Part shown: in pieces, positions 43,262 through 54,399 of the stretch
Position numbering within the stretch: the first letter of the stretch is position 1
Layout of the letters: each line of letters opens with the position of its first letter
Assembly (NCBI GenBank): GCA_031269945.1
Contig: JAISYK010000012.1
Coordinates: 1,785 to 65,784, forward strand
DNA: 64,000 nt
From: Candidatus Endomicrobiellum calonymphae
GTDB taxonomy: Bacteria; Elusimicrobiota; Endomicrobiia; Endomicrobiales; Endomicrobiaceae
Direction of reading: 5' to 3'
Translations under genes and position numbers: made by a program
The notes under the pieces: model-generated
Seen by the model: the letters and a program-made list of their open reading frames with translations, nothing else
Told to the model about the DNA's origin: nothing
Databases searched by the model: none

Positions 43262-44017
43262 ATGAGGTTTTTGACAGTAATAAAATTTGGTGGAAGCTTG
43301 GCTAGTAATATACAGGTGCAAGGTCGAAATAGATTTCTTAAGGAAGCCGCCGAGCTTTCCAGAATGCAAAATGTTATTTTAGTTCACGGTGGAGGTCCTG
43401 AGATAAATGCTTTGCTTGAAAAGTTCTCTATGGAAAGTAGATTTGTGGATGGTTTAAGATTTACTGATGCGGACACTCTTGATGTTGTTGAAATGGTATT
43501 GAGCGGTAAGGTAAACAGAGTTTTAACGACAGAACTTATAAAAAATGGTGCAAATGCTGTTGGAATATCGGGTAAAGATGGGAAAAGTGTGATATGCAAG
43601 CAACTAAAAAAGTTTGGTTTTGTCGGTGAGCCGATTAGAATAGATAAAAAGCTTATAGATATTTTGATGAGGCACAGATTTTTGCCTGTTATAGCATCGA
43701 TCGCTGCTGATGCTGAAGGTAACGTTATGAACGTTAATGCAGATACTTTAGCTGCCTCAATAGCTGTGACTTTTAAAGCGAAAAGACTTATATTTTTGAC
43801 AGATGTTGCTGGAGTGCTTGATAGGGATAAAAATATTATTAAAGAAATTAGAATGAAAGAGATAAAAGCTCTCATAAAAGACCAAACTATAGTTGGTGGA
43901 ATGATACCGAAGATTAAAGGTTGTGCTGATTCTGTTGAAAAGGGTGTGGAAGAAGTGTGGATAGCGGATGGAGTATGCGGAATACAAGATGTAAAAGGAA
44001 CAGTGATAAAAATATGA
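43262..44017 (+). CDS. argB: Acetylglutamate kinase
   Basis: VIKFGG, VHGGGPEI, GLRFTD, NVNAD, LTDV.G, GGMIPK. Confidence 0.96.
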   Translation: MRFLTVIKFGGSLASNIQVQGRNRFLKEAAELSRMQNVILVHGGGPEINALLEKFSMESRFVDGLRFTDADTLDVVEMVLSGKVNRVLTTELIKNGANAVGISGKDGKSVICKQLKKFGFVGEPIRIDKKLIDILMRHRFLPVIASIAADAEGNVMNVNADTLAASIAVTFKAKRLIFLTDVAGVLDRDKNIIKEIRMKEIKALIKDQTIVGGMIPKIKGCADSVEKGVEEVWIADGVCGIQDVKGTVIKI

Positions 44018-45216
44018 ATATAAAACAGATTGAAGAAAAATATTTTATGCGTACATATAAGCGCGGTGATTTAATAGTGAAAAAAGCTAAAGATCAATTT
44101 GTGTGGGACGAAAATGGTAAAAAATATCTTGATTTTTTTTCTGGCATAGGTGTGTGCAACGTAGGTCATTGCAATGATTCTGTACTGAGAGCGGCAAAAG
44201 AGCAACTGGATAGTTTTGCACATGCTTCAAATTTATATTATGTGCCATCACAGATTAAGCTAGGAGAAGAACTTACTAAAAGAATATTTCCGGATGGTAG
44301 GGTTTTTTTTTCAAATTCCGGAGCTGAGGCGAACGAATGTGCGATAAAGCTTGCAAGGAAATGGGGCTTTTTAAATTCTTCTGAGAAGAATGTACATAGG
44401 TATGAAATAATCTGTTTTAAAAATTCATTTCATGGTAGAACTATGGCAACGCTTTCTGCTACAGGACAAGAAAAATTTCATAAATTTTTTAATCCGTTGC
44501 AGGAAAAGTTTGTTTTTGCGGAAATCAATGATATAGAATCAGTAAAAAAACTCGTAAATAAAAAAACTGTAGCTATAATGATAGAGCCTATACAGGGTGA
44601 GGGTGGGTTAATTCCGTCTAAAAAACCGTTTTTAGAAGAATTGAGAATGCTTTGCGATGAAGGTAATTTTCTTTTGATTTTTGATGAAATACAGTGTGGC
44701 ATGGGGCGTACTGGAAAGTTCTGTGCTTTTGAAAATTATGATGTTAGTCCCGATATTGTTACTTTAGCTAAATCTTTAGCTAATGGGTTGCCTTTGGGGG
44801 CTGTTGTGGCCGCAAAAAAATGTGCTGAAACCTTTGTTTACGGTGATCATGGATCTACTTTTGGCGGGAGTCCTGTTTCATGTGCGGCTGCTCTTGAAGT
44901 GTTAAATATTATTAGTCCAAAATTTTTAAATGATTCTTTAAAAGTTGCAGAGTATCTTTTTTTGAAACTTGAAGATTTTAAAAAAAAATACTCAATTGTA
45001 AAAGGAGTAAGAGGACTTGGTCTGATGCTAGGCATAGATCTTGCAATAAATGGTTCAAGTATAGTAAATTACTGTTTGGATAACGGATTGCTCATAAATT
45101 GTGTTCACGATACGGTACTAAGATTGTTACCCCCACTCATAATTACAAAAGAAGATGTAGATTTTGCCGTGAAGGTTTTGAGTAAATCTTTAAATTACAG
45201 TTTAGTTACAAAATAA
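44014..45216 (+). CDS. argD: Acetylornithine aminotransferase
   Basis: NSGAEANE, FHGRT, EPIQGEGG, DEIQCG.GRTG, LAK, HGSTFGG; ATGA overlap with argB. Confidence 0.95.
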   Translation: MNIKQIEEKYFMRTYKRGDLIVKKAKDQFVWDENGKKYLDFFSGIGVCNVGHCNDSVLRAAKEQLDSFAHASNLYYVPSQIKLGEELTKRIFPDGRVFFSNSGAEANECAIKLARKWGFLNSSEKNVHRYEIICFKNSFHGRTMATLSATGQEKFHKFFNPLQEKFVFAEINDIESVKKLVNKKTVAIMIEPIQGEGGLIPSKKPFLEELRMLCDEGNFLLIFDEIQCGMGRTGKFCAFENYDVSPDIVTLAKSLANGLPLGAVVAAKKCAETFVYGDHGSTFGGSPVSCAAALEVLNIISPKFLNDSLKVAEYLFLKLEDFKKKYSIVKGVRGLGLMLGIDLAINGSSIVNYCLDNGLLINCVHDTVLRLLPPLIITKEDVDFAVKVLSKSLNYSLVTK

Positions 45217-45268
45217 GTATTCTAAATGAAATGTAATTATTTAAAAATATGAAATGAGGTGTATTAAA

Positions 45269-46483
45269 ATGACGAAGATGGGTAATAATGTTAAAAAGGT
45301 AGTTGTCGCTTATTCTGGTGGTCTCGATACCTCCATTATTTTATATTGGATAAAGGAAAACTATAGTTGTGAAGTTGTTGCTTGTTGTGTAGACGTAGGT
45401 CAAGGATCGGAATTGAAAGGATTAAATGAAAAAGCGAAGAGGACTGGTGCCTCTAAATCGTATATAATTGACGCTAAAGAAGAGTTTATTGTCGATTATA
45501 TTTATCCTGCCATAAAAGCAAACGCTTTATATGAAAATAAATATTATTTAGGCACTTCACTTTCGAGACCGGTAATTGCTAAAAAAATTGCAAGTATTGT
45601 GAAGAAAGAAGGTGCTGATGCGGTTTGTCATGGTGCAACTGGCAAGGGAAATGATCAAGTGCGTTTTGAGCTTGCTTTTAAAGCTTTAATACCGGATGCG
45701 AAAATTATTGCTCCATGGAGAGAATGGGATATAAAATCTAGGGAAGATGCAATTGATTATGCCAAGAAAAGGGATATATCAGTACCGGTAACGAAAGCTA
45801 ATCCTTACTCTTCAGACGCAAATTTGTGGCATATTTCTTATGAAGGCGGGATTTTAGAAGATATTGTCAATGAGTACGATGAGTCAATGTTTAAGATGAC
45901 TGCTTCTCATGAAAAAGCTCCAGATAACCCGACTTATGTGACTATAGAATTTGATAGTGGCATACCAATTTCTATAAACGATGAAAAATTGTCGCCTATT
46001 GAGCTAATTATAAAATTGAATAAAATTGCTGGCACAAACGGAATAGGAAGAACTGATATGGTTGAAAATAGACTTGTCGGTATGAAATCAAGAGGTGTTT
46101 ACGAAGCTCCTGCAGCTGCTGTTTTATATGCTGCTCATAAGGAATTAGAGTCTATTTCTATGGATCGCGATACGTTACATTTTAAGCAAATTCTTGCTTT
46201 TAAATACGCAGAAATTGCATACTACGGATTGTGGTTTTCTCCGCTTAGAGAAGCTCTTGATGCTTTTGTTAATGAAACTCAAAAATATGTCACTGGCAGT
46301 GTTAAGTTAAAACTTTATAAGGGGAATATTACACCTGCTGCGAGAACTGCAAAATATTCTCTCTATTCTAAAAAACTTGCAACTTTTGAAAAAGATGAAG
46401 TTTACAATCATAAAGATGCCGAAGGTTTCATTAACTTGTGGGGCTTGCCGACAAAAGTATATGCTATGCTAAAAAATAAGTAA
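45269..46483 (+). CDS. argG: Argininosuccinate synthase
   Basis: [36 protein letters not shown]. Confidence 0.98.
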   Translation: MTKMGNNVKKVVVAYSGGLDTSIILYWIKENYSCEVVACCVDVGQGSELKGLNEKAKRTGASKSYIIDAKEEFIVDYIYPAIKANALYENKYYLGTSLSRPVIAKKIASIVKKEGADAVCHGATGKGNDQVRFELAFKALIPDAKIIAPWREWDIKSREDAIDYAKKRDISVPVTKANPYSSDANLWHISYEGGILEDIVNEYDESMFKMTASHEKAPDNPTYVTIEFDSGIPISINDEKLSPIELIIKLNKIAGTNGIGRTDMVENRLVGMKSRGVYEAPAAAVLYAAHKELESISMDRDTLHFKQILAFKYAEIAYYGLWFSPLREALDAFVNETQKYVTGSVKLKLYKGNITPAARTAKYSLYSKKLATFEKDEVYNHKDAEGFINLWGLPTKVYAMLKNK

Positions 46484-47140
46484 GTGTATTAAATTTAATC
46501 ACGAGTTTTTGTAGTTAAAATTTAAATTGCTTCGAGAATGAAGGGAATTATTTATTGGTTAAATTTTTGGATGTTAGATTTAAAAGTTCACTAAAATAAG
46601 ATAGATGTTGGAGGTCGTTTTATGTGAAGTATATATGTAGGAAATCCTTGCTATTTTGTAGGCGTTAGTTTTAGAATTATGCATAAATATATTTTGTCAA
46701 TAAGAAAAATTTCGAGCATGCTTATGACGGAATAGATGGGTGGATTTTTGTTGCAGGTATTATTTGTTTGTGTTTTCAGTTTTAACATCCTTCTTTCGTA
46801 CGTTTATATGTGTGTGATTACGGTGCTTGTACAAGAAAGAAGTTAGAGGCTTTTTTTGCCAAAAGTATCATTTAGGTCGTGTTTGTGTTGTTTGTAAATT
46901 AATTTTGAGTTTTGCAATAGGCATTTTGTCTGGTAGATCAGAAGTGGCTTGAGAATCTGAAATGTAAAGAATTAGAATTAAGTTCTAATGGTTTTGTAAT
47001 ATTATATAAAAATGGTGAGTACTTTACGCGTGACAAGATATTTTTTGTTCTGTTTTTTACAGCATTTGGTTTTCCGTACTCTTAAGCTTTTAGATAAATT
47101 TTTAAATAATATTTAATGTTATTAGTTTGTTGAGTTCAAT

Positions 47141-48214
47141 ATGAATTATGAAAAATATATGAAAATTGCAATAGAGCTTGCCAATAAAGGGGAAGGTGAA
47201 GTTTATACCAATCCTTTGGTTGGTTGCGTGATTGTAAAAAATAATAGGATTGTGGGGAAGGGTTGGCATCAGTACTTTGGGGGCAATCATGCAGAGATAA
47301 ATGCACTTGCAGATGCAGGAGAGAATGCTAAAGGGGCAGATTTGTACGTTACTCTTGAGCCTTGCGACAGTTATGGGAAAAAGCCTCCCTGCACTCTTGC
47401 AATTATAAAAGCTGGTATAAAAAATGTTTATTTTGCAATGTTTGATAGTAATGTGTCATGCAGCGGAGAAGTGTTGAAAGAAAATGGTATTAAAGTTTTT
47501 GGAGGACTACTAAAGGAGCAGGCTAAGATTTTAATAAAAGATTATTTGAAGTATTTAAAGAGTAAACCAAAAGTTTCAGTTAAAGCAGCTATGACACTGG
47601 ATGGAAAAATCGCAACTTATAAATATGACTCAAAATGGATAACGTCTAAAAAGTCGAGGACTTTTGTACATAAGATGAGATCTCAATACGATGCAGTTCT
47701 TGTTGGTACAAATACAGTCCTTAAGGATAACCCTTCTCTTAAAACACATTCTAACACATTAAAGAATCCGGTAAGAGTTGTTATAGATTCAAAACTGAAG
47801 CTTTCCGAGATTTGCCATTTGTTTGACGCGACTGTTCCAACAATTGTTATTTATGATTCAAATATTGCCAATATACCGACCCATTTAAATAAAAGAGGGA
47901 TAGTTCTTGCTTCAGTTAATATTGATATGGCAAAAAAAGATTTTGGTATAATAATAAAGAAATTAAATTCTCTGTCAATAAAAAGGATTTTAATTGAGGG
48001 TGGAGGTGAGGTAATAGCGTCAGCTTTGTTTTCAAATGTGGTAGATGATGTGTATTTTTTTATAGCTCCTAAAATAGTAGGTGGAAAGTTTGCGGTTTCT
48101 AGTGTAGGCGGGCAGGGTGTAGGAAAAATATGTGAGTCAATATCGGTAAGAAATATGGAATCGAGAAAAATAGGTTCAGACTTGATTATAACTGGAACTG
48201 TTGGGGATAAGTAA
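47141..48214 (+). CDS. ribD: Riboflavin biosynthesis deaminase/reductase RibD
   Basis: NP.VG, HAE, TLEPC....PPC, A.TLDGKIA, IEGG. Confidence 0.97.
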   Translation: MNYEKYMKIAIELANKGEGEVYTNPLVGCVIVKNNRIVGKGWHQYFGGNHAEINALADAGENAKGADLYVTLEPCDSYGKKPPCTLAIIKAGIKNVYFAMFDSNVSCSGEVLKENGIKVFGGLLKEQAKILIKDYLKYLKSKPKVSVKAAMTLDGKIATYKYDSKWITSKKSRTFVHKMRSQYDAVLVGTNTVLKDNPSLKTHSNTLKNPVRVVIDSKLKLSEICHLFDATVPTIVIYDSNIANIPTHLNKRGIVLASVNIDMAKKDFGIIIKKLNSLSIKRILIEGGGEVIASALFSNVVDDVYFFIAPKIVGGKFAVSSVGGQGVGKICESISVRNMESRKIGSDLIITGTVGDK

Positions 48215-48246
48215 AATTTCTTTTTAAAACTGAGAAAGGATTATAC

Positions 48247-48864
48247 ATGTTTACGGGACTGATCGAAGATATTGGCATAGTTAAAGGTATTTCACATTCT
48301 AGAATTGAAATTGAGACAAAACTTAATGATATTTCGAAAGGCGACAGTATTGCTGCGAATGGAGTGTGCTTGACTGCGATTTTCGTGCGTGAAAATAGTT
48401 TTGCTGCTGATCGTAGTCCAAATACGGATAAACTTACAACTCTTTCAAAATTGAAAAAAAATTCTAGAATTAATTTGGAGCGAGCATTGAAACTTTCTTC
48501 TCGTTTTGGTGGGCATATAGTAAGCGGACACATTGATGAAATGGCAAAAATAAAAAGTATAGAAAAATTGAAGCAGTTCTATAGAATTACATTTTCTTGC
48601 AAAGAAAATATAACTAAATACTGTGTTGATAAAGGTTCTATCGCGATTGATGGTATAAGTCTAACACTTTCATCCGTATCAATTTTAGAGTTTGAAGTTT
48701 TTGTTATACCTGGGACATTTAGTGGTACGACTATGCAATTTAAAAAACCAGGTGATAAAGTAAATATTGAGACAGATATTTTCGCTAAATATATAGAAAA
48801 ATTTACAAGTAAGAAAACAAATGGCATTACGTTTGAAATTTTAAAAAATAACGGTTTTATGTAA
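48247..48864 (+). CDS. ribE: Riboflavin synthase alpha chain
   Basis: MFTGLIE, NGVCLT, NLERA, GGH.VSGH.D, KGSIA.DG.SLT, VN.E.D. Confidence 0.97.
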   Translation: MFTGLIEDIGIVKGISHSRIEIETKLNDISKGDSIAANGVCLTAIFVRENSFAADRSPNTDKLTTLSKLKKNSRINLERALKLSSRFGGHIVSGHIDEMAKIKSIEKLKQFYRITFSCKENITKYCVDKGSIAIDGISLTLSSVSILEFEVFVIPGTFSGTTMQFKKPGDKVNIETDIFAKYIEKFTSKKTNGITFEILKNNGFM

Positions 48865-48993
48865 ATTAACGTAGTGGTTTTTTAGAAAAAGAATAGTTTG
48901 TAGTATTGTTTAATTAGTTAGGTAAATTATTGTCTTTGTGTTTTTGGTTTATGGTTATCAAAATCATTTTTTTCGTAGATTATGAGGTTAAAA

Positions 48994-50214
48994 ATGGATA
49001 GTGTGCATAACGAAATTTTTTCTTCGGTGAAGAGTGTTGTTGAAGATATTAAAATTGGGAGAATGACTATAGTTGTTGATGATCCGAACAGAGAAAATGA
49101 GGGCGATTTAGTTTGTGCTGCTGAAAAAGTTTCTCCTGAAATTATAAATTTTATGGCAAAATACGGAAGAGGCCTTATATGTGTTCCTATGAAACATGAA
49201 AGGCTTGAAGAGCTTAAAATAAAAAATATGACTAAAGATTCGACAGAAAGAAGAGGTTGTTCTTTTACGGTTTCAGTTGATTGTAAAATAGGAACAACGA
49301 CTGGGATATCGGCATATGATAGATGTGTTACCGTTAAAAAACTTATCGATGAGAATGCGAATCCTGAAGATTTTGCAAGCCCAGGACACATATTTCCTTT
49401 AAGATCAAAAGATGGGGGTGTTTTAGTTAGAACCGGGCATACAGAGGCGGCTGTTGATTTAGCTGAATTGGCTGGACTCTACCCTGCCGGAGTTATATGT
49501 GAAATAATGAATGATGATGGAACAATGGCGAGACTTCCTAATTTAGTAGAATTTGCTGAGAAGCATAATTTAAAAATTGTTACAATAGAAGGGCTTATAA
49601 ATTATAAACGTTCGTTAGAAAAATCTGTCAATAAAATCGTAAGTGTTGATTTACCTACAAAGTATGGGGATTTTAAACTTATTTTATTTGAGTATAAAGT
49701 AAATAAAGATTGTCATCTTGCAATTGTGAAAGGGGATATTGAAGGTAAGGATGATGTTTTAGTAAGAGTTCATTCTTCTTGTGAAACAGGGGATATATTT
49801 CGTTCTTTGAGATGTGACTGTGGAGATCAACTTGAAAAAGCTTTAAAATTAATTGAAAAAATTGGACGAGGTGTGGTTTTATATATGCATCAAGAGGGCA
49901 GAGGCATTGGTCTTGTAAATAAACTTAAAGCTTATCATTTACAAGAGAAAGGTATGGATACCGTAGAGGCTAATGTTGCATTGGGATTTGCCCCAGATTT
50001 AAGAAGTTATAAGGTGAGTGTGCAAATATTATTTGAACTTGGCATCAAAAGCGTTAATCTTATGACTAATAATCCTCAAAAAGTGATAAGTCTTGAAGAA
50101 TTTGGAATGAAAGTTTCAAAAAGGATTCCATTGGAGATTATTCCTACTAAATCTAATAAAAATTATTTAAAAACTAAAAAGGAAAAAATGGGACATATAC
50201 TGAAAACGGTGTAA
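48994..50214 (+). CDS. ribBA: Bifunctional DHBP synthase / GTP cyclohydrolase II
   Basis: DD..RENEGD, R.GHTEA, CEI, RVHS.C.TGD...S.RCDC, QEGRGIG, TNNP.K. Confidence 0.98.
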   Translation: MDSVHNEIFSSVKSVVEDIKIGRMTIVVDDPNRENEGDLVCAAEKVSPEIINFMAKYGRGLICVPMKHERLEELKIKNMTKDSTERRGCSFTVSVDCKIGTTTGISAYDRCVTVKKLIDENANPEDFASPGHIFPLRSKDGGVLVRTGHTEAAVDLAELAGLYPAGVICEIMNDDGTMARLPNLVEFAEKHNLKIVTIEGLINYKRSLEKSVNKIVSVDLPTKYGDFKLILFEYKVNKDCHLAIVKGDIEGKDDVLVRVHSSCETGDIFRSLRCDCGDQLEKALKLIEKIGRGVVLYMHQEGRGIGLVNKLKAYHLQEKGMDTVEANVALGFAPDLRSYKVSVQILFELGIKSVNLMTNNPQKVISLEEFGMKVSKRIPLEIIPTKSNKNYLKTKKEKMGHILKTV

Positions 50215-50378
50215 AAAAGGGAAGCGTTTAGATGTGTATTTTAGGCTAATTTAAGACGAAGTAGGGCAAATTGGTTCTGAGTGTGTTATTTATCACAGTA
50301 TGATGGATGGACGAGATTCGAAACAATTGTGTAGTTTAGATTACAGTTTAAAAGAATTATATAAGAAAAGGAAAGAAA

Positions 50379-50840
50379 ATGAATATTATTAGTGGGCAAT
50401 TAAACGGAAAAGGTAAAAAATTTGCAATAGTAGCTTCAAGGTTTAATGAATTTATAACAAATAAACTTATAAACGGTGCTGAGGATATTCTTAAAAGACA
50501 TTTAGTTGATGATGAAAATATTTCTATTTATTGGGTTCCAGGGGCTTTTGAAATTCCTGTTGTCACAAAAAAAATTGCAGAAAAAGAAGAAGTTGATGGA
50601 ATAATTTGTTTAGGCTGCGTTATTAGAGGAGATACACCACATTTTGATTATATTTCTTCTGAAGTTTCAAAAGGCATTGCCTCTGTTGGACTTAAAAGTA
50701 ATGTGCCAATAATTTTTGGCGTGTTGACAACAGATTCTATAGAACAGGCTATTGAAAGATCTGGCACTAAGGCTGGGAATAAAGGAGCTGATTCAGCTAT
50801 GAGTGCCATAGAGATGGTAAATCTGTGTTCTCTAATTTGA
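50379..50840 (+). CDS. ribH: Lumazine synthase
   Basis: [34 protein letters not shown]. Confidence 0.98.
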   Translation: MNIISGQLNGKGKKFAIVASRFNEFITNKLINGAEDILKRHLVDDENISIYWVPGAFEIPVVTKKIAEKEEVDGIICLGCVIRGDTPHFDYISSEVSKGIASVGLKSNVPIIFGVLTTDSIEQAIERSGTKAGNKGADSAMSAIEMVNLCSLI

Positions 50841-50912
50841 AAAAGAAAATGGTTTTTGTGTATACTCCACAAGAGCTTACTGAGTAATGGCTCGGCAGTT
50901 TGAGAAGAAGGT

Positions 50913-50985
50913 GGGCCCGTAGCTCAGTCGGTAGAGCACCTCACTTTTAATGAGGTTGTCGTGCGTTCGAGCCGCACCGGGCTCA
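50913..50985 (+). tRNA. tRNA-Lys(TTT)
   Basis: Acceptor GGGCCCG/CGGGCTC; anticodon arm CCTCA-CTTTTAA-TGAGG. Confidence 0.96.
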
Positions 50986-50988
50986 GTT

Positions 50989-51061
50989 GCTCCCATCGTC
51001 TAGGGGTCTAGGACACAGGATTTTCAATCCTGTGACACGAGTTCAAATCTCGTTGGGAGCG
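50989..51061 (+). tRNA. tRNA-Glu(TTC)
   Basis: Acceptor GCTCCCA/TGGGAGC; anticodon arm CAGGA-TTTTCAA-TCCTG; 3 nt after tRNA-Lys. Confidence 0.96.
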
Positions 51062-51207
51062 TTTGTCGAATTCTGGTTAGGTCGAGTTGTTGAGGTGAAT
51101 GTGGGTAGTAGTATTTGTATTATGAGCCCATCTTTAATAAAATTAAAATTGAATGCTAAAATTATTAAAGTTTTATTTTTTAATTTTGAAGAGGGGAATG
51201 GTTGATT

Positions 51208-52494
51208 ATGTCGACTTTAGTTGTTTTGGGAACACAGTGGGGAGATGAGGGGAAAGGAAAAGTTGTGCACTATCTCTCAAGGCAAGCGGATTATATTGTT
51301 AGATATCAAGGTGGTAATAACGCTGGACATACTTTGATTTTTGAAGATAAACCTTTTGTGCTTCATTTGGTACCTTCAGGAGTACTGTTCCCTGAAAAAT
51401 ATTGCTTGATTACAAACGGAGTTGTAATTGATTTAGAATCTTTGAAAGAAGAAGTTGATGCGTTAACTAAGAAAAAAGTTGTTGTTAAAAATAGACTTTT
51501 TGTAAGTGAACAGGCTCATATTATACTGCCTTATCATAAAATTATTGATGGTATTTTGGAGGATTGGAATGTTAAGATAGGTACTACTAAAAAGGGAATA
51601 GGTCCCGCTTATGCCGATAAGGTAAAAAGGATAGGGATAAGAGCTGTTGATTATTTAGAAAAAGATGTCTTTGAAGATTTGATTGAAAAGAACCTTATTG
51701 AAAAAGCGGCCATATTGAAAGGGAAAATAGATATTGAAATTTTAAAAAAGAGGATATTTGAAGACTATAACAAGCTTTCAGAGTTTCTTAGGCCTTTTGT
51801 TGCTAATACAAGTTTTATGCTTGAAGAAGCTATGAAAGAGAATAAAAAAATACTTTTTGAAAGTGCTCAAGGTACTTTACTTGATTTAGATTTTGGAACT
51901 TATCCTTTTGTTACGTCATCTAATCCTATAGCTGGCGGAGTATGCTCAGGTGCCGGAATTGGACCCACGAAAATAAATGGCGTCTTAGGTGTTGTAAAAG
52001 CATATACCACAAGAGTTGGAGAAGGTCCTTTTGCAGTCGAGCTTTTTGATGAAGTAGGAGATTTTTTAAGAAAAAAGGGTGAGGAGTATGGAGCAACAAC
52101 CGGAAGGCCTCGTCGTTGTGGATGGTTTGATTCTGTAGTAGTTCGTCACAGCGTAAGAGTAAATGACATAAGGAATTTAATTCTCACGAAACTCGATTGC
52201 ATGGAAGATTTGGATAAAATTAAGATATGTGTTGCATATAAATATAAGAATAAAATATATAAAGAGTTTCCCGCTTCAAGAACAATTCAAAATTACGCTG
52301 AACCGGTTTATGAAGAAATGCCTGGGTTTCAAGGTAAAGTTAAAGGTGTTATGAGCTTTGAAAATTTACCTGTTAATGCACAGAGATATATTAAGCGGTT
52401 GGAAGAGCTTGTAGGTGCTTCAATAGATTTAGTTTCTCTTGGAAGAAGGAGGGAGGAAATTATAGAAGTCAATAAAAATGTGAGTTGGTTTTAG
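51208..52494 (+). CDS. purA: Adenylosuccinate synthetase
   Basis: QWGDEGKGK, GG.NAGHT, GTYPFVTSS, TTGRPRRCGW. Confidence 0.99.
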   Translation: MSTLVVLGTQWGDEGKGKVVHYLSRQADYIVRYQGGNNAGHTLIFEDKPFVLHLVPSGVLFPEKYCLITNGVVIDLESLKEEVDALTKKKVVVKNRLFVSEQAHIILPYHKIIDGILEDWNVKIGTTKKGIGPAYADKVKRIGIRAVDYLEKDVFEDLIEKNLIEKAAILKGKIDIEILKKRIFEDYNKLSEFLRPFVANTSFMLEEAMKENKKILFESAQGTLLDLDFGTYPFVTSSNPIAGGVCSGAGIGPTKINGVLGVVKAYTTRVGEGPFAVELFDEVGDFLRKKGEEYGATTGRPRRCGWFDSVVVRHSVRVNDIRNLILTKLDCMEDLDKIKICVAYKYKNKIYKEFPASRTIQNYAEPVYEEMPGFQGKVKGVMSFENLPVNAQRYIKRLEELVGASIDLVSLGRRREEIIEVNKNVSWF

Positions 52495-52501
52495 AACTAA
52501 A

Positions 52502-53188
52502 ATGAAAATAAAGCTTCTAAGTTTTACGCATAAGGCAGAAAAAATGTGTGCGATTGCGGCAGGTTTATGTTATAGTTCTGTAAGTATTGAAAAAGTTTCT
52601 AAAAAATTTTTAGAAAATAATGAAGTAAAGAAGATTCTTAAAAAAGTTATTTCAGCAGGTCATTATTCTGTTTTAGAGCATGTTTCTTTTACTTTTGGTG
52701 TTGAGGGGGTATCGCGTAGTTTGCTTGCCCAATTTACAAGACACAGAATAGCTTCTTTTTCTGTACAAAGCCAGAGATATGTGAGGTTTAGAGATAGCAT
52801 CGAGTTTATAATTCCTGAAACGATAAAAAAGAACAAGTTACTTTTAAAAAAATATAATAGTACGTTAGAAAGTGTTGAGTCGTTATATAAAGGGCTATTA
52901 GATGCGGGTATCTCTGCTGAAGATGCGAGGTATATTTTGCCTAATGCTTCTCCGACAAAGTTGATGGTTACTATGAATGCTAGAGAGTTAAGACATTTTT
53001 TTTCATTGAGATGCTGTAATAAGTCACAAAAGGAAATAAGGTACGTGGCGTGCTGTATGTTGAATTTTGCAAAAAAAAAGGCACCATTATTGTTTTGCAA
53101 TGCTGGGCCTGAATGTGTAAGAGGGGATTGCAGGGAAGCTTCTTCGTGTGGTTCTCCTTGGGGAAAAGTTTTGATAGAAAGTTTATGA
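52502..53188 (+). CDS. thyX: Flavin-dependent thymidylate synthase
   Basis: GH.S..EH, RHRIASFSVQSQRY, EDARY.LPNA, N.REL.HF..LR. Confidence 0.97.
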   Translation: MKIKLLSFTHKAEKMCAIAAGLCYSSVSIEKVSKKFLENNEVKKILKKVISAGHYSVLEHVSFTFGVEGVSRSLLAQFTRHRIASFSVQSQRYVRFRDSIEFIIPETIKKNKLLLKKYNSTLESVESLYKGLLDAGISAEDARYILPNASPTKLMVTMNARELRHFFSLRCCNKSQKEIRYVACCMLNFAKKKAPLLFCNAGPECVRGDCREASSCGSPWGKVLIESL

Positions 53189-54381
53189 CTATGAATGAAA
53201 TGTTTCATTTTTTATTGATTTTAGGGGGTATTCTTTTTTTTGCAAAAATTTTTGGAGAAATTGCCTTAAGGTCAGGTCAAAGCACGATAATTGGAGAGCT
53301 TGTAGCTGGCATTATTATGGGACCTGCTGTGTTAGGCATAATTTACGAAACTCAAGTTTTGTCATATATGTCTGAACTAGGTGGGATGATTCTTCTTTTT
53401 GATGTTGGCCTTTCGATAAATGCAAAGAAATTTTTTAAAGTAGGGGGTTGGGCTACGCTTGTAGCTTTTGTAGGAATTATAATTCCTTACTTTTTAGGGT
53501 ATTTTGTATTTTTGCAATTTGGACTTACGAATGCGCAATCAATTTTTGCTGGAGCTGTGCTCACAGCAACTTCGATAGGTGTTACTGCAAGAGTGTTTTC
53601 AGATTTAAAGTATTTGGATACTCAAGAAGCAAGGATAGTAATCGGTGCTGCGGTTATTGATGATGTTGTAGTGTTGGGAATACTTGCTGTTGTTTCGGAG
53701 CTTATCATAAATAAAGCTGTTACTTTTGAAGCTTTGTTATATATAAGTAAAAATGCGGTATTATTTTTAGTTGCGTCTGTTGTTATAGGTATTTCTATTT
53801 TGTCTGTAATTTTTAAATTTATTTCAAAAATGAAGCAATCTAATGTGCTGTTTATTATTGGGGTTGCTTTATGTTTTATTTTGTCGGCATTCTCGCTTAA
53901 AGTTAAACTTGCTCCTATAATGGGGGCGTTTATTGCAGGGCTTGTTCTTTCAACAATAGGGGAGCAGCAAGTTGAAGAAATAAAGGAAGATATAAAGCCT
54001 CTTTGTGCTTTTTTTGTTCCTATATTTTTCGTTTTAATGGGAATTAATGTTGATATAAATACGTTTAATCCTTTTGTTGCTTCAAACACGGGGACTTTGG
54101 TTTTAACTGGAATACTTTTTATTGTTGCTTTTGTAGGTAAAGCTCTATCTGGTTTTGCTGTGTTGAAAAAAGGAGTTAATAAGTTTTTGATAGGTATTTC
54201 TATGATCCCTCGTGGCGAAGTTGGGTTGATATTTGCAGAATTGGGTTTAAAGAATAATGTTTTTGAAATACGATATTATAGTTCTTTAGTTGCGGTCATA
54301 ATTCTCACGACTTTCATTACGCCTATAATATTGAGATGTATCATATCCAAAGAAGCAAAGGGGAATGTTTGTGTCAGCTAA
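53185..54381 (+). CDS. Cation:proton antiporter (CPA2, NapA-like)
   Basis: GE..AG..GP, ATSIG.T, GAAVIDD, GAF.AG, M.PRGEV; multiple TM helices; ATGA overlap with thyX. Confidence 0.93.
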   Translation: MTMNEMFHFLLILGGILFFAKIFGEIALRSGQSTIIGELVAGIIMGPAVLGIIYETQVLSYMSELGGMILLFDVGLSINAKKFFKVGGWATLVAFVGIIIPYFLGYFVFLQFGLTNAQSIFAGAVLTATSIGVTARVFSDLKYLDTQEARIVIGAAVIDDVVVLGILAVVSELIINKAVTFEALLYISKNAVLFLVASVVIGISILSVIFKFISKMKQSNVLFIIGVALCFILSAFSLKVKLAPIMGAFIAGLVLSTIGEQQVEEIKEDIKPLCAFFVPIFFVLMGINVDINTFNPFVASNTGTLVLTGILFIVAFVGKALSGFAVLKKGVNKFLIGISMIPRGEVGLIFAELGLKNNVFEIRYYSSLVAVIILTTFITPIILRCIISKEAKGNVCVS

Positions 54382-54399
54382 TTTAAATGAAGTAATGCT

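Noticed and set aside
46490-47130. FMN riboswitch or argH remnant
   Set aside because: No FMN consensus seen; ArgH similarity limited to GGRF
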